From: a virus | Lineage: Duplodnaviria > Heunggongvirae > Uroviricota > Caudoviricetes | Virus record (IMG/VR): IMGVR_UViG_3300042870_001427 | Span: 100,147 to 164,146 of that record | Direction: 5' to 3' (one strand) | DNA length: 64,000 nt | Part shown: positions 29,197 through 39,260 of the stretch, one piece after another | Position numbering within the stretch: the first letter of the stretch is position 1 | Layout: the number at the start of each line of letters is the position of its first letter | Made by a program: the position numbers and the translations under genes | Notes under the pieces: generated by a model | Databases searched by the model: none | The model's input: the letters and a program-made list of their open reading frames with translations, nothing else | What the model was told of the DNA's origin: nothing

Positions 29197-29631
29197 ATGA
29201 AGTTAGAAGAGATAGAGGCATTGTGGGAAAGAGACTCATGCGTTGACCGTACTGAGTTAGGTGAAGAGTCCCTACGCATTCCCCAACTACATTCCAAGTA
29301 CTACAAGATCTACTCCCAGGAAAGAACCACTCTAAGGAACTGGGAAAGAGATTATAAACGGTTATACAAGGAAAAATTCGAATACTATAACGGAACACTG
29401 AGTGAGGAAGAACTACGGGCAAATCAATGGGAGCCCTTTAGTCTCCGTATTTTAAAGACCGATATATCTACCTACATGGAAGCTGATAAGGATATCTCCA
29501 AGGCCAAGGCCATGATAAGCCTCCAGGCCGATAAGGTAGAGTTTGTTGAGTCAATTATTAAATCATTACCTTCCCGGGGCTATCAAATAAAAGCTGCAAT
29601 CGATTGGGAAAAGTTTAAAGTAGGTGCATGA
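29197..29631 (+). CDS. uvsY: Recombination mediator UvsY-like.
   Basis: LHSKYYKIY, EYYNGTL and the C-terminal PSRGYQIKAAIDWEKFKVGA parallel T4 UvsY (LYSKWLNKH…DYYSGRG…KSRGFAIKHIQDMRAFEAGK). Size is 144 aa. Confidence 0.6.
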   Translation: MKLEEIEALWERDSCVDRTELGEESLRIPQLHSKYYKIYSQERTTLRNWERDYKRLYKEKFEYYNGTLSEEELRANQWEPFSLRILKTDISTYMEADKDISKAKAMISLQADKVEFVESIIKSLPSRGYQIKAAIDWEKFKVGA

Positions 29632-31103
29632 GTACACTAGTTATAACACGTATAGATGATGTTTACATAAAGATACAATGTGATCCTGATGTAGCATATG
29701 AACTGAGTGCATACTTTACGTTTAGTGTACCCGGGGCTAAATTCACACCCATGTACCGTAATAAGATGTGGGATGGGAAGATACGTCTATACAACATTAT
29801 GACTAAGAGGATCTATGCCGGTCTTCGTTTGTATGTGGAGATATTTGCACGTGAAAGGGAGTATGAGATAGAGTATGATAATCATAATTCTTTCCTGGAT
29901 GAAGATTACTCACTCGTAGATGCAAACATAGATGTAAAGAGATACATTAAGAGACCGGATATTGAGGTGAGGGATTATCAGGTAGAATCCTATACCCATG
30001 CTGTAAGAACTAAACGTGCATTATTTGTATCACCAACGGCCTCGGGCAAGTCCTTGATGATCTTTTCTATCGTAATGCAGTTATTGAGTAGAAATCCAAA
30101 TAGACCGGCACTCATCATCGTCCCTACCACCTCCCTGGTACACCAAATGGCTACCGACTTTGGTGATTATATGCAGGACGATCCCAATAAACTATGCCAC
30201 AGAATATTGGCCGGGGCAGAAAAAGACTCCAATAAACCTATTTACATCTGCACCTGGCAATCCATATACAAGTTACCTAAAGAATGGTTTAAGAGATTTG
30301 GTATAGTGGTAGGGGACGAGGCCCATCTGTTTAAGGCCAAAAGTCTAACTGACATTATGAGTAAAATGACCGATTGTCAATATCGGTTTGGCTTTACCGG
30401 TACATTGGATGGTACTGAGACCCATAAACTGGTCCTTGAAGGATTATTTGGCCCGGTTAAGAAAGTCACTACAACAGCTAAGTTAATTGAGAACAATACA
30501 TTATCAAAGTTTAAGATCAAAGCCATAGTACTCAACCACTCAGAAGAGACCAGGAAATTAGTAAAGGGGATGCAATATGCAGATGAGATTAATTTTATCA
30601 CTACTAGCCAGCATCGTAATAAATTTGTTACTAATCTCGCTCTTTCTCTAAAAGGTAACAGCCTGGTATTGTTCAGACATAAGGCCCATGGCAAGGCCAT
30701 CTACGATATGCTTAAAGATAAAATGGACGGTAGACAACTCTACTACGTAGATGGGGACGTTGATGGGGAGATAAGAGAAGATATTAGGAAAGAGGTTGAA
30801 GATATACAAGACGGTATCATTGTAGCCTCCCTAGGTACATTCTCCACAGGGATAAATATTAAGAATTTACATAATGTTATATTTGCAAGTCCATCAAAGT
30901 CTAGAATCAAAGTTCTTCAATCCATTGGACGCGGTCTTAGGAAGTTGTTTAGCAAGAGTATGTTTACATTATATGACATTGCTGACGACTTGAGCTGGAA
31001 GTCAAAGAAGAATCATACTATACTACACTTCGTTGAACGTATTAAGATGTACAACGAAGAAAAGTTCGACTATAAAATATATAACGTTGAACTAAGGAGC
31101 TAA
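29628..31103 (+). CDS. uvsW: UvsW-like SF2 DNA helicase.
   Basis: Walker A motif SPTASGKSLM and DEAH-like motif VGDEAHL are present. It directly follows uvsY as in T4, at 491 aa. Confidence 0.75.
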   Translation: MSTLVITRIDDVYIKIQCDPDVAYELSAYFTFSVPGAKFTPMYRNKMWDGKIRLYNIMTKRIYAGLRLYVEIFAREREYEIEYDNHNSFLDEDYSLVDANIDVKRYIKRPDIEVRDYQVESYTHAVRTKRALFVSPTASGKSLMIFSIVMQLLSRNPNRPALIIVPTTSLVHQMATDFGDYMQDDPNKLCHRILAGAEKDSNKPIYICTWQSIYKLPKEWFKRFGIVVGDEAHLFKAKSLTDIMSKMTDCQYRFGFTGTLDGTETHKLVLEGLFGPVKKVTTTAKLIENNTLSKFKIKAIVLNHSEETRKLVKGMQYADEINFITTSQHRNKFVTNLALSLKGNSLVLFRHKAHGKAIYDMLKDKMDGRQLYYVDGDVDGEIREDIRKEVEDIQDGIIVASLGTFSTGINIKNLHNVIFASPSKSRIKVLQSIGRGLRKLFSKSMFTLYDIADDLSWKSKKNHTILHFVERIKMYNEEKFDYKIYNVELRS

Positions 31104-31104
31104 A

Positions 31105-31491
31105 TTGGTTACAGTACTAAGGTTATCATCAGGGACGGAAATTGTAGGGAGTATAGTTAAAGAGGATTACGAAAGTATCACCGTTAACAATCCATTACAA
31201 ATTCTGTACATACATAGGGCTAATGGACCACCATCCATTACTTTACAGCGTTACATTCCTTTTACATCTGATGAGAACCTTAGGGTACAAAGACATTGTG
31301 TTGAGACAACTTGTAACCCAATCCAGGGATTGCCTGAGTACTACGATAGTGCACTCAAAGCAATACAAGAACACATCGACCCAAGTCTGGTGGCCGATTT
31401 GATGGAGGCGGTGGAGCCAAGAAAACCAGCTAATTATGATAGCTATCTTGCTATGTTAGAGAGACATATGGCTAAGAAGCCTTTGAACTAA
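31105..31491 (+). CDS. Hypothetical protein (128 aa) downstream of uvsW.
   Basis: ORF coupled to the uvsW stop (TAAATTGG). Confidence 0.4.
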   Translation: MVTVLRLSSGTEIVGSIVKEDYESITVNNPLQILYIHRANGPPSITLQRYIPFTSDENLRVQRHCVETTCNPIQGLPEYYDSALKAIQEHIDPSLVADLMEAVEPRKPANYDSYLAMLERHMAKKPLN

Positions 31492-31498
31492 GGATATT

Positions 31499-32077
31499 AT
31501 GAGTGAACCCAATCATTATGTAGACAATAAGAAATTATTGGCCGCAGTTGTTGAATATAGAAATGCTGTTATTGAGTCAAGGGCAAATAATACAGAAAAA
31601 CCACGCATCCCTAATTACATTGGGCATTGTATGTTAATGATTGCCCAAAGGCTTTCATATAAGCCTAACTTTATTAACTACTCGTATAGAGAAGAGATGA
31701 TAAGTGATGGTATTGAAAACTGTATTAGCTATATTGATAATTTTGACCCTAGTAAATCTGATAATCCTTTTGCGTATTTCACGCAAATCATCTACTACGC
31801 CTTCCTTAGACGCATCCAAAAAGAGAAGAAACAACTCTACATCAAACACAAAGTATTAGGTAACTCCTTACTCATGAATACACTCATTGAGCAGGGGGAG
31901 CATGATGATGGGGAGTTTACCCCGGCATACATTGATATGGAAAACGAGAATATGAATGATTTTATTCTCAACTTCGAAGAGAACTTAGATAAGAAGAAAA
32001 AGCTTCGTAAAAAAGGTCTTGAGAAATTTATTGAAGAGGAAGAGCCGGTAGATGAAGATAGCGATACTCGGGGATAG
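31499..32077 (+). CDS. gp55: Late-transcription sigma factor gp55-like.
   Basis: YVDNKKLLAAVVEYRN…IGHCMLMIAQRLSYKPNFINYSYREEMISDGIENCI aligns with T4 gp55 (YVNNKELLQAIIDWK…[38 protein letters not shown]). Confidence 0.8.
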   Translation: MSEPNHYVDNKKLLAAVVEYRNAVIESRANNTEKPRIPNYIGHCMLMIAQRLSYKPNFINYSYREEMISDGIENCISYIDNFDPSKSDNPFAYFTQIIYYAFLRRIQKEKKQLYIKHKVLGNSLLMNTLIEQGEHDDGEFTPAYIDMENENMNDFILNFEENLDKKKKLRKKGLEKFIEEEEPVDEDSDTRG

Positions 32078-33137
32078 TCATTTCGGTGCTAGAGGTGATA
32101 GCCCACACTTTCATAAGCACTTTAAGAAATTTTATGATGAGGTATTCTTTCCTTATCTAAAACAAAATGGAATAACAAACGTTATTCAACTTGGTGATGT
32201 GTTTGACAGGCGTAAGTATATTAACTTTCAGACGTTGAAGCATTGCAGTGAGTATTTTTTTGAACCTTTGAATCACCCATCGGGACCAAACCCTCAATGG
32301 TATAAAAGTTGGCTGCTTGTTGGCAATCACGATACTTACTACAAAAATACAAACGAAGTCAACTCACTTGACTTACTTTTAAAACAATACCCTAATATAA
32401 ACCAGGTGCAGATACCAATGGAGTACGACTTCAATGGTACGAGTATACTAATGGTGCCTTGGATATGTCAGGAGAATGAGGTAGAGGTGCTTAAGGCAAT
32501 GGAAATGTCAACAGCACAAATCTGTATAGGTCATTTTGAGATCAGTGGGTTTGAAATGCACAAAGGTGCTGTATGTGATACTGGGTTAGATAAGGGCATA
32601 TTCGATAAGTTCGATATGGTTATATCTGGCCATTTCCATACCCGTAGTAAAAGAGGTAACATTGTCTATACCGGTACCCCCTATCAGATGACATGGTCAG
32701 ACTTTGAAGATGCAAAAGGATTCCATATACTGGATACCAATACCAGGGAGTTAGAGTTTGTACCTAACCCCAATGTTATGTTCCATAAAATATGGTATGA
32801 TGATCTTAATAAGAGCATGTCTGACGTTATCGTAGATGACTATAATCAATATAAGGATAGTATAGTTAAGGTCATCATCAAGAACAAAACTAATCCATAC
32901 TGGTTTGATTTGTTTATTGAGAGATTGGAAAGAGGGGGCCTGTTAGACTTACAGGTAGTAGAAGATCACCTTAACCTCAACTTAGAAGATGACGCCGATA
33001 TTGTTAATGAGGCAGAAGATACCTTAACTATACTTAACAAGTTTGTGGATCAATTAGAACTCAAAGTAGATAAACCAAAGTTGGAAAATCTACTCCGTAA
33101 CCTATACAATGAAGCGTTAAGTATGGAGATTGCGTGA
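32052..33137 (+). CDS. gp47: Recombination nuclease subunit gp47-like (Mre11 family phosphoesterase).
   Basis: N-terminal MKIAILGDSHFG, then VIQLGDVFD and GNHD phosphoesterase motifs. It is paired with the Rad50-like gene downstream. Confidence 0.8.
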   Translation: MKIAILGDSHFGARGDSPHFHKHFKKFYDEVFFPYLKQNGITNVIQLGDVFDRRKYINFQTLKHCSEYFFEPLNHPSGPNPQWYKSWLLVGNHDTYYKNTNEVNSLDLLLKQYPNINQVQIPMEYDFNGTSILMVPWICQENEVEVLKAMEMSTAQICIGHFEISGFEMHKGAVCDTGLDKGIFDKFDMVISGHFHTRSKRGNIVYTGTPYQMTWSDFEDAKGFHILDTNTRELEFVPNPNVMFHKIWYDDLNKSMSDVIVDDYNQYKDSIVKVIIKNKTNPYWFDLFIERLERGGLLDLQVVEDHLNLNLEDDADIVNEAEDTLTILNKFVDQLELKVDKPKLENLLRNLYNEALSMEIA

Positions 33138-34849
33138 TATACTTTAAGACGATAAGATGGAAGAACTTTCTTTCAACCGGAAATACATTTACTGAGATTG
33201 ACTTTACCAAACATAAGTCAACACTCATTGTGGGTGAGAATGGGGCAGGTAAGTCTACACTGCTGGATGCCCTGTGTTACTCACTCTACGGCAAGCCGTT
33301 CCGTAAAATAAACAAACCACAACTCATCAACTCCATCAACAGCAAGGGGTTGGAGGTGGAGGTGGAATTCTCTATTGGTAAGAGGGAATACAAAGTAAGA
33401 AGAGGTATGAAGCCTTCTATCTTTGAGATCCTACAAGACGGCAAACCAATAAATCAAGATGCAGAGGCTCGCGACTACCAGGAAATGTTTGAACGTAGCA
33501 TACTTAAGTTAAGTCATAAATCATTTTCGCAAATTGTAATCCTTGGTAGTGCAGCCTTTGTACCTTTCATGCAGCTATCGGCCCAGCACCGTAGAGATGT
33601 TATTGAGGATTTGTTAGATATTCAAATCTTCTCCACCATGAATACCTTACTCAAGGGTAAGCTAACGGCTAATAGAGATACTATAATCGCAACCGATTTC
33701 AATACTAAGGCGGTAGGGGAGAAGATAGAGTTATACAAGAAACATATCGACTCACTTAAACAAAATAACGAAGAGTTAGTAAAGCAGAAGGAGGCAAAAG
33801 TAAATGAACTCACTACCAACATCCAGCATACGAATGCCTCTATCGAAAAGCTACAAACTGAAATCGAAAAAAAGTCTAGTGACATTGGCGATCAAGACAA
33901 GGTACGGGGTAGGTTGGAGAAAATCCGCGATATTGCAAGACAAGTTGATCTCCGATTGGAAAAGCTTCGCAAGGAGACGCAATTCTTTTCATCATATGAT
34001 GATTGTCCAACTTGTCGTCAAGGAATCGCCCACGAACACAAAGCCACTATTATTGAGAAAAGCAATTCACAGATTACTGAAATTGAATCAGGTAAGGGAA
34101 AAATTGCTGAAGAATTGGATAGTATTAATAGCAGGCTTACCGAAATCTCAAATATATCCTTTGACATATCTACTAAAAACAGAGAAGTTTCCGACTTAAA
34201 CGTCCAGTGTCGTACCTGGGCAAGTTTTATTGCCGATATTAATAAAGAGATAGATTTACTAAAAACAACCAACAAGCAGATTGAGTCTAATAATGAGGAA
34301 TTAAAGACTCTTAAAGATGAGTTAAAAGAGTTGATTGCATCCAAGGAAGCATTGATAATAGACAAGCAAGTACTTGACATTGCCAATACTCTTCTAAAGG
34401 ATACTGGTATTAAGACTAAGATCATTAAGCAGTACGTTCCTATCATGAACAAACTGATTAACAAGTATCTTGCATCCATGGACTTCTTCGTTAACTTTGA
34501 ACTTAACGAAGGATTTGAAGAAACAATTAAATCGAGGTTTAGAGATGAATTTAGTTATGAGTCTTTTAGTGAAGGTGAAAAGTCTCGCATTGACCTGGCT
34601 TTGTTATTTACCTGGAGAGCTGTGGCTAAGCTGCGCAATAGTGCTTCAACAAATCTTCTTATATTGGACGAAGTATTCGACAGCTCTATGGACGTACAAG
34701 GAAGTGATGAGTTGATGAAGATCTTACAAACATTAGCTGGTGACACTAATGTATTTGTAATCAGTCATAAGACCGATCAATTAGTAGATAAATTTGCTAA
34801 TGTGATACGGTTTGAGAAGCATAAGAATTTTTCAAGGTGTGCAACATGA
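33134..34849 (+). CDS. gp46: Recombination endonuclease subunit gp46-like (Rad50/SbcC family ATPase).
   Basis: N-terminal Walker A motif LIVGENGAGKSTLLDA, a long coiled-coil middle with a CPTC zinc hook, and C-terminal signature/Walker B motifs SEGEKSRIDLAL…LILDEVFD. Confidence 0.85.
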   Translation: MIYFKTIRWKNFLSTGNTFTEIDFTKHKSTLIVGENGAGKSTLLDALCYSLYGKPFRKINKPQLINSINSKGLEVEVEFSIGKREYKVRRGMKPSIFEILQDGKPINQDAEARDYQEMFERSILKLSHKSFSQIVILGSAAFVPFMQLSAQHRRDVIEDLLDIQIFSTMNTLLKGKLTANRDTIIATDFNTKAVGEKIELYKKHIDSLKQNNEELVKQKEAKVNELTTNIQHTNASIEKLQTEIEKKSSDIGDQDKVRGRLEKIRDIARQVDLRLEKLRKETQFFSSYDDCPTCRQGIAHEHKATIIEKSNSQITEIESGKGKIAEELDSINSRLTEISNISFDISTKNREVSDLNVQCRTWASFIADINKEIDLLKTTNKQIESNNEELKTLKDELKELIASKEALIIDKQVLDIANTLLKDTGIKTKIIKQYVPIMNKLINKYLASMDFFVNFELNEGFEETIKSRFRDEFSYESFSEGEKSRIDLALLFTWRAVAKLRNSASTNLLILDEVFDSSMDVQGSDELMKILQTLAGDTNVFVISHKTDQLVDKFANVIRFEKHKNFSRCAT

Positions 34850-35079
34850 CAAAGTTTCTTTCAGAGTATACAGATGGTGGACCAGGGTGTATGAGGGATG
34901 ACTGTATGATACAGGAGAATGGTCCTAGTACTACTACCTCTATGTCCTACCCTCCAACATACAACAAACAAGGGGTAAATTTAAACCCCGATATGAATAT
35001 AACTACGACCAATAAGAGATGTCTCTCCTGTGGTAAGAGTTGGTCGGAAAGGTGGCAGAATGGTATTAAAATTAGTTGA
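34846..35079 (+). CDS. Small hypothetical Cys-containing protein.
   Basis: ORF overlapping the gp46 stop; contains CLSCGKSW. Confidence 0.3.
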   Translation: MTKFLSEYTDGGPGCMRDDCMIQENGPSTTTSMSYPPTYNKQGVNLNPDMNITTTNKRCLSCGKSWSERWQNGIKIS

Positions 35080-35578
35080 TCCGAGTAACGAATTATTACA
35101 CAATAAGATTCCTACTTTTGACTTTAAGGATCCACCTACCGACCCGGTTATGCTTGCCCGTGACTTACTTGAGACATTAATTGAACGTAAGTGTATAGGC
35201 CTATCGGCTAACGAATGTGGGCTACCTTATCGTGTATGCGTCTTTCATACCCAAGACCCATTAGTGATCTTTAATCCAAAGTTGATTGACGAAACAACCG
35301 AACATATCATATTAGAAGAGACATGTGCCTCTAACACTAACATGGTTGTTAAGATTAAGAGACCAAAAATAATAAAGGTAAGGTATCAAGATGTAACAGG
35401 TGAGTTTCATACAGAGAAATTTATCGGTATGACAGCCCGTGCCATCTTACACGAACTTGATCATTTAAATGGGATCAGCTATACTAAAAGAGCTAACCCT
35501 GTGCACCTACAACGGGCACTTAATAAGAAGAAGCAACTCGATAGACAACATGCACGTGAACTAAAACAAGCTATATAA
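35060..35578 (+). CDS. def: Peptide deformylase-like protein.
   Basis: The three PDF motifs are present: GLSANECG (GxGxAAxQ-like), EETCAS (EGCLS-like) and HELDHLNG (HExxH metal site). The start was chosen at MVLKLVDP. Confidence 0.7.
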   Translation: MVLKLVDPSNELLHNKIPTFDFKDPPTDPVMLARDLLETLIERKCIGLSANECGLPYRVCVFHTQDPLVIFNPKLIDETTEHIILEETCASNTNMVVKIKRPKIIKVRYQDVTGEFHTEKFIGMTARAILHELDHLNGISYTKRANPVHLQRALNKKKQLDRQHARELKQAI

Positions 35579-35608
35579 TCTATCGTGCCCTTCCACGTAT
35601 AACTAGGA

Positions 35609-36466
35609 GTGTTAATGTCGAAATTAAAAGTATCGGAGTTGTTCTACTCCATTCAAGGTGAGGGTCGCTATATGGGCGTACCTTCTGTCTTTCTAAGAAC
35701 CTTTGGCTGTAATTTTACCTGTGATGGCTTTGGTATGCCGGCTGGTGAGAAGAGTCAAGAAAGAGAAGTGATAGCACACAATGCAGACAATTACAAGACT
35801 TATAAAAGTCTCCCTCTTGTTTCTACTGGTTGTGATTCATATGCTTCTTGGGATGTTCGTTTTAAGCATCTCAGTCCTGTTATCCCTACTGACTCATTGG
35901 CCGATTCGATTGTGGATCTCCTACCGTACAAGCAATGGGAAGACGAACATCTCGTAATCACTGGCGGTGAGCCCTTACTGGGATGGCAACGAGCATACCC
36001 TGATCTCCTATCCCATCCTAAAATGGACACTCTAAAAGAGTTGACATTTGAGACAAATGGCACCCAGGAACTATCACAGGAGTTCTATAACTACCTCGGT
36101 GAATGGACATTTGCAAGAGGCATGTATGAGAACCTAACCTTCTCTGTCTCCCCCAAGCTATCGGCATCAGGCGAGAAATGGGAAGATGCAATTAAACCCG
36201 ATATTGTGGCACAATACTCTATGATTGGTTATACCTACCTTAAGTTTGTAGTAAGTGATATGCTTCACGTGCAAGAAGCAGAGGAGGCAGTTAATGAGTA
36301 TCGCAAAAAAGGCTTTGATGGCCCTGTTTACCTTATGCCTGTTGGTGGGGTTGAACGGGTGTACGCTCTTAATAATAGACAGGTTGCTGAATACGCCATG
36401 AAAAAAGGATGGAGATATAGTGACCGTTTACAAGTACCGCTATTTAAAAATGAATGGGGAACCTAA
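35609..36466 (+). CDS. queE: 7-carboxy-7-deazaguanine synthase QueE-like (radical SAM).
   Basis: ELFYSIQGEGRYMGVPSVFLRTFGCNFTCDGFG corresponds to the QueE N-terminal signature (FxSIQGEG…FxRxxGCNLxC). Confidence 0.8.
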   Translation: MLMSKLKVSELFYSIQGEGRYMGVPSVFLRTFGCNFTCDGFGMPAGEKSQEREVIAHNADNYKTYKSLPLVSTGCDSYASWDVRFKHLSPVIPTDSLADSIVDLLPYKQWEDEHLVITGGEPLLGWQRAYPDLLSHPKMDTLKELTFETNGTQELSQEFYNYLGEWTFARGMYENLTFSVSPKLSASGEKWEDAIKPDIVAQYSMIGYTYLKFVVSDMLHVQEAEEAVNEYRKKGFDGPVYLMPVGGVERVYALNNRQVAEYAMKKGWRYSDRLQVPLFKNEWGT

Positions 36467-36942
36467 TGGCAAAATATATTTCAACAAAGACCTACAGACA
36501 CTTAGGACCTGTAGCATATAGACAGTGGAGGGCTGATAGTCATTGTAATCTGATTCACGGATATGCTCTATCCTTCCATTTTGAATTCGAATGTGATACC
36601 TTGGATGCCCGTAACTGGTGCGTTGACTTTGGTGGTCTAAAGGATCTAAAGTATAACTTAGAAGACTGGTTCGATCATACGTTGTTGGTTGCACAAGATG
36701 ACCCCCAGCGTGAGGAGTTACTGAAACTAGGTAAACTAGGATTGGCTAAAATCACCGAGGTAGAGAAGACCGGATGTGAAGGATTGGCTGACTTCCTATA
36801 CGAATACATCAACACAATCATGCTACCGGGCTGGGGTGAAGAAGCCAAACGTGTATGGTGTAGCAGGGTTGAGGTGAGGGAGACGGACTCAAACATGGCA
36901 ATGAGAGTCGGTCATAGAGAAGATAATGAATTTGTGGGATAA
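36454..36942 (+). CDS. queD: 6-carboxytetrahydropterin synthase QueD-like.
   Basis: CNLIHGYALSFHFEFEC corresponds to the QueD CxxxHGH zinc motif. Size is 162 aa. Confidence 0.8.
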   Translation: MGNLMAKYISTKTYRHLGPVAYRQWRADSHCNLIHGYALSFHFEFECDTLDARNWCVDFGGLKDLKYNLEDWFDHTLLVAQDDPQREELLKLGKLGLAKITEVEKTGCEGLADFLYEYINTIMLPGWGEEAKRVWCSRVEVRETDSNMAMRVGHREDNEFVG

Positions 36943-36944
36943 TT

Positions 36945-37637
36945 ATGGAACGATATTTTTCTGATGTGTTACGTGAGAGAATGAAGCAAGACGGTAAACG
37001 GTTCTTTGCTTGTGATAATATTTCTGAATACCTTGACGATCATGGTCGAGAGTTTTTAGTGAATGAGTTAACAGAGAAGTTCAATGGTGTATTAAGTTCC
37101 TTACTCATTGATACCGAGAATGATCCTAATAGTAAGGGTACGGGGAAGCGTCTGGCTAAGATGTATGTAGACGAGATCATGTCCGGTCGCTATTACCCCG
37201 AACCAGACTCTACTGCATTTCCTAACGACGGAACAGAACGCTATACAGGTATGCTGGTGGTGAGGGCAGAACTTAAATCAATGTGTTCCCATCACCATCA
37301 ACCGGTAAGGGGGATTGCATACATTGGTATCATTCCAGGTAATAAGGTGATTGGTCTGTCCAAGTATGCACGGGTGGCTCAATGGCATGCACGTAGAGGT
37401 ACATTACAGGAAGAACTGTGTACCCATATTGCTAACTCTATCATGAAATCGACTGAATCACCTGACGTTGCAGTATACATTGCCGCACGTCACGGGTGTT
37501 GTGAGAATAGAGGAATCAATGCCCATTCCTCCCTCACCCAGACAACCGTCCTTCACGGTCAATTCCATCAGGCAGACGTAAAGAAAGAGTTCTTCGATAA
37601 CATTGCCTTACAGCAAACATATAACGAAAAACTTTAA
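36945..37637 (+). CDS. folE: GTP cyclohydrolase I FolE-like.
   Basis: MCSHHHQPVRGIAYIGIIPGNKVIGLSKYARVAQWHARRGTLQEELCTHIANSI aligns with the FolE core (MCEHHLVPF…IPNGKVIGLSKLARIV…RRLQVQERLT). Confidence 0.85.
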   Translation: MERYFSDVLRERMKQDGKRFFACDNISEYLDDHGREFLVNELTEKFNGVLSSLLIDTENDPNSKGTGKRLAKMYVDEIMSGRYYPEPDSTAFPNDGTERYTGMLVVRAELKSMCSHHHQPVRGIAYIGIIPGNKVIGLSKYARVAQWHARRGTLQEELCTHIANSIMKSTESPDVAVYIAARHGCCENRGINAHSSLTQTTVLHGQFHQADVKKEFFDNIALQQTYNEKL

Positions 37638-37692
37638 TTGCCTTAAATTACATAAGTGGCTATAATAGATTATCTTAACTTTGGAGATGACT

Positions 37693-37842
37693 ATGAGTTG
37701 CAATGGTGAGTGCTATGAAGGCCGCTGGTGTGATTGTAAGGATGAAGTAATGAAAGATATCGACGAAAGAATGTATGCATATGCTATTTCGTTTGTCTTC
37801 TGTATGTTTGTAGGAGTGATAGCATGGCTGATTCGATAACTC
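37693..37842 (+). CDS. Small Cys-rich membrane peptide (49 aa).
   Basis: MSCNGECYEGRWCDCKDE… followed by a hydrophobic tail. The ribosome-binding site TTTGGAGA recurs at 14880. A TATAAT box lies upstream. Confidence 0.3.
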
Positions 37843-38093
37843 AATCAAGCTCCAAGCCAAGGGTCAAGAAAGATACTATTGGTGAGGAGGCAATGACCGA
37901 ACTGTTCAAGGCACTAGAAACGGCCGATCTTGAAGAGTTTAAGTCTATGTGCTATGATATTATTGAAAGTTCAAGCGCATCTTCTACTACAAAGACTAAA
38001 TTTATTAAGATTATAGGTCAATCAGAGTCTAAGAAGTTATTGGTGTTTACTATGACTAACTATTTTCTAGCTGGTGAAGGGAAAGGTGTATGA
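37824..38093 (+). CDS. Hypothetical protein (89 aa).
   Basis: ORF in the same orientation, coupled to its neighbours. Confidence 0.35.
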   Translation: MADSITQSSSKPRVKKDTIGEEAMTELFKALETADLEEFKSMCYDIIESSSASSTTKTKFIKIIGQSESKKLLVFTMTNYFLAGEGKGV

Positions 38094-38491
38094 ACGGTAA
38101 GATGTACTTAGCACGCTTTACTAATAAGCAGACCAAAGAGGTTGATTTCTTTAAGTTTGGGCATACCTCCTCATACGATGCAATGGATAGGTTTACCTAT
38201 GATCCCGAACAGTATAATAAATGGGATATCAAGATCATGAAGACCGTTTATGGTCCATTGGAGGAGATGAAGGGTGTGGAGGAGACATTTAAAGCATTCT
38301 ATCCTAAGAACTTATGGATTGAAGATAAGGTATCAGGAGTAACAGAGATTGTTAAATTAACTAGACCGGAGATTGATCGTATCATCGATCGTATGACCTG
38401 GCTCAATACTGTATACTATCAAAAGCGTGAGCGTGAAAAGGCTCAAGAAACTAAAAAACTATTAGAGGTATTTGATGAAAATCGCCCATGA
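38090..38491 (+). CDS. Hypothetical protein (133 aa).
   Basis: ORF coupled through GTATGAACGG. Confidence 0.4.
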   Translation: MNGKMYLARFTNKQTKEVDFFKFGHTSSYDAMDRFTYDPEQYNKWDIKIMKTVYGPLEEMKGVEETFKAFYPKNLWIEDKVSGVTEIVKLTRPEIDRIIDRMTWLNTVYYQKREREKAQETKKLLEVFDENRP

Positions 38492-39260
38492 AGCACCCCT
38501 GTGTATCTTTAACCGTGTACAAGAGGTTACAGATTATGACTATGCCCTTGTTCATCTGTTTGAAGAGAATGAGGAGTATTGGGATAAGTTTGTACGTGCT
38601 AAGGAGATAGGTCGAGAGATTATTCTTGATAACTCTATCTTTGAGTTGGGTGAGGCCTTTGAGGCTGATAAATTTTATCCTTGGATTGAAAAACTACAAC
38701 CTACTTACTATGTCATACCTGATGCATTGGAGAATGCTGAGAAGACAGTCGCTAATGCCAAAAGTTGGAAGCCAGTTAACGGGTGTAAGTCTATCGGAGT
38801 AGTGCAGGGTAAGACATATGAGGAGATTAAATGGTGTTACCAGGAAGTAGAACCATTGGTTGATAAGGTTGCTATCTCCTTTGACTATAGTTTCTTTATT
38901 AACCCTGAACTCAATGGCTATCTTCCTACAAAGTACCATCACTACATGTATGGGCGAGATGCACTCATCCATCGTCTACTAACTGATAACGTTATCAACA
39001 CCGATAAGCCCCATCACCTACTTGGTTGCGGACTGCCACAGGAGTTCGATAGCTATTCTGATTACGAATGGATTGATAGCGTAGATACATCTAACCCAGT
39101 AGTTGCCGCTATCAAGGGAATGAGGTATAATGGTAGGAACGGACTAGAAGATAAACCTTCCCAGAAACTCCATACCATGATCGATAGTAAACTTAGTTCA
39201 TACGAACTACAATTGGTACTCTATAACATCGAATGCTTTAGGGCTATTTGTAATGGCTAA
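38472..39260 (+). CDS. dpdA: DpdA-like 7-deazaguanine DNA transglycosylase (tRNA-guanine transglycosylase superfamily).
   Basis: HHLLGCGLPQEF resembles the TGT motif (Y)LMGVGKPED. DSVDTSNP resembles the TGT D(M)FDCV(M)PTR region. It lies inside the Que gene cluster. Confidence 0.55.
   Translation: MMKIAHEAPLCIFNRVQEVTDYDYALVHLFEENEEYWDKFVRAKEIGREIILDNSIFELGEAFEADKFYPWIEKLQPTYYVIPDALENAEKTVANAKSWKPVNGCKSIGVVQGKTYEEIKWCYQEVEPLVDKVAISFDYSFFINPELNGYLPTKYHHYMYGRDALIHRLLTDNVINTDKPHHLLGCGLPQEFDSYSDYEWIDSVDTSNPVVAAIKGMRYNGRNGLEDKPSQKLHTMIDSKLSSYELQLVLYNIECFRAICNG

Noticed and set aside
37675-37860. Minus-strand 61-aa ORF.
   Set aside because: It is antisense to a + strand small ORF that has a ribosome-binding site and promoter-like elements. 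All genes in the region are on the + strand.
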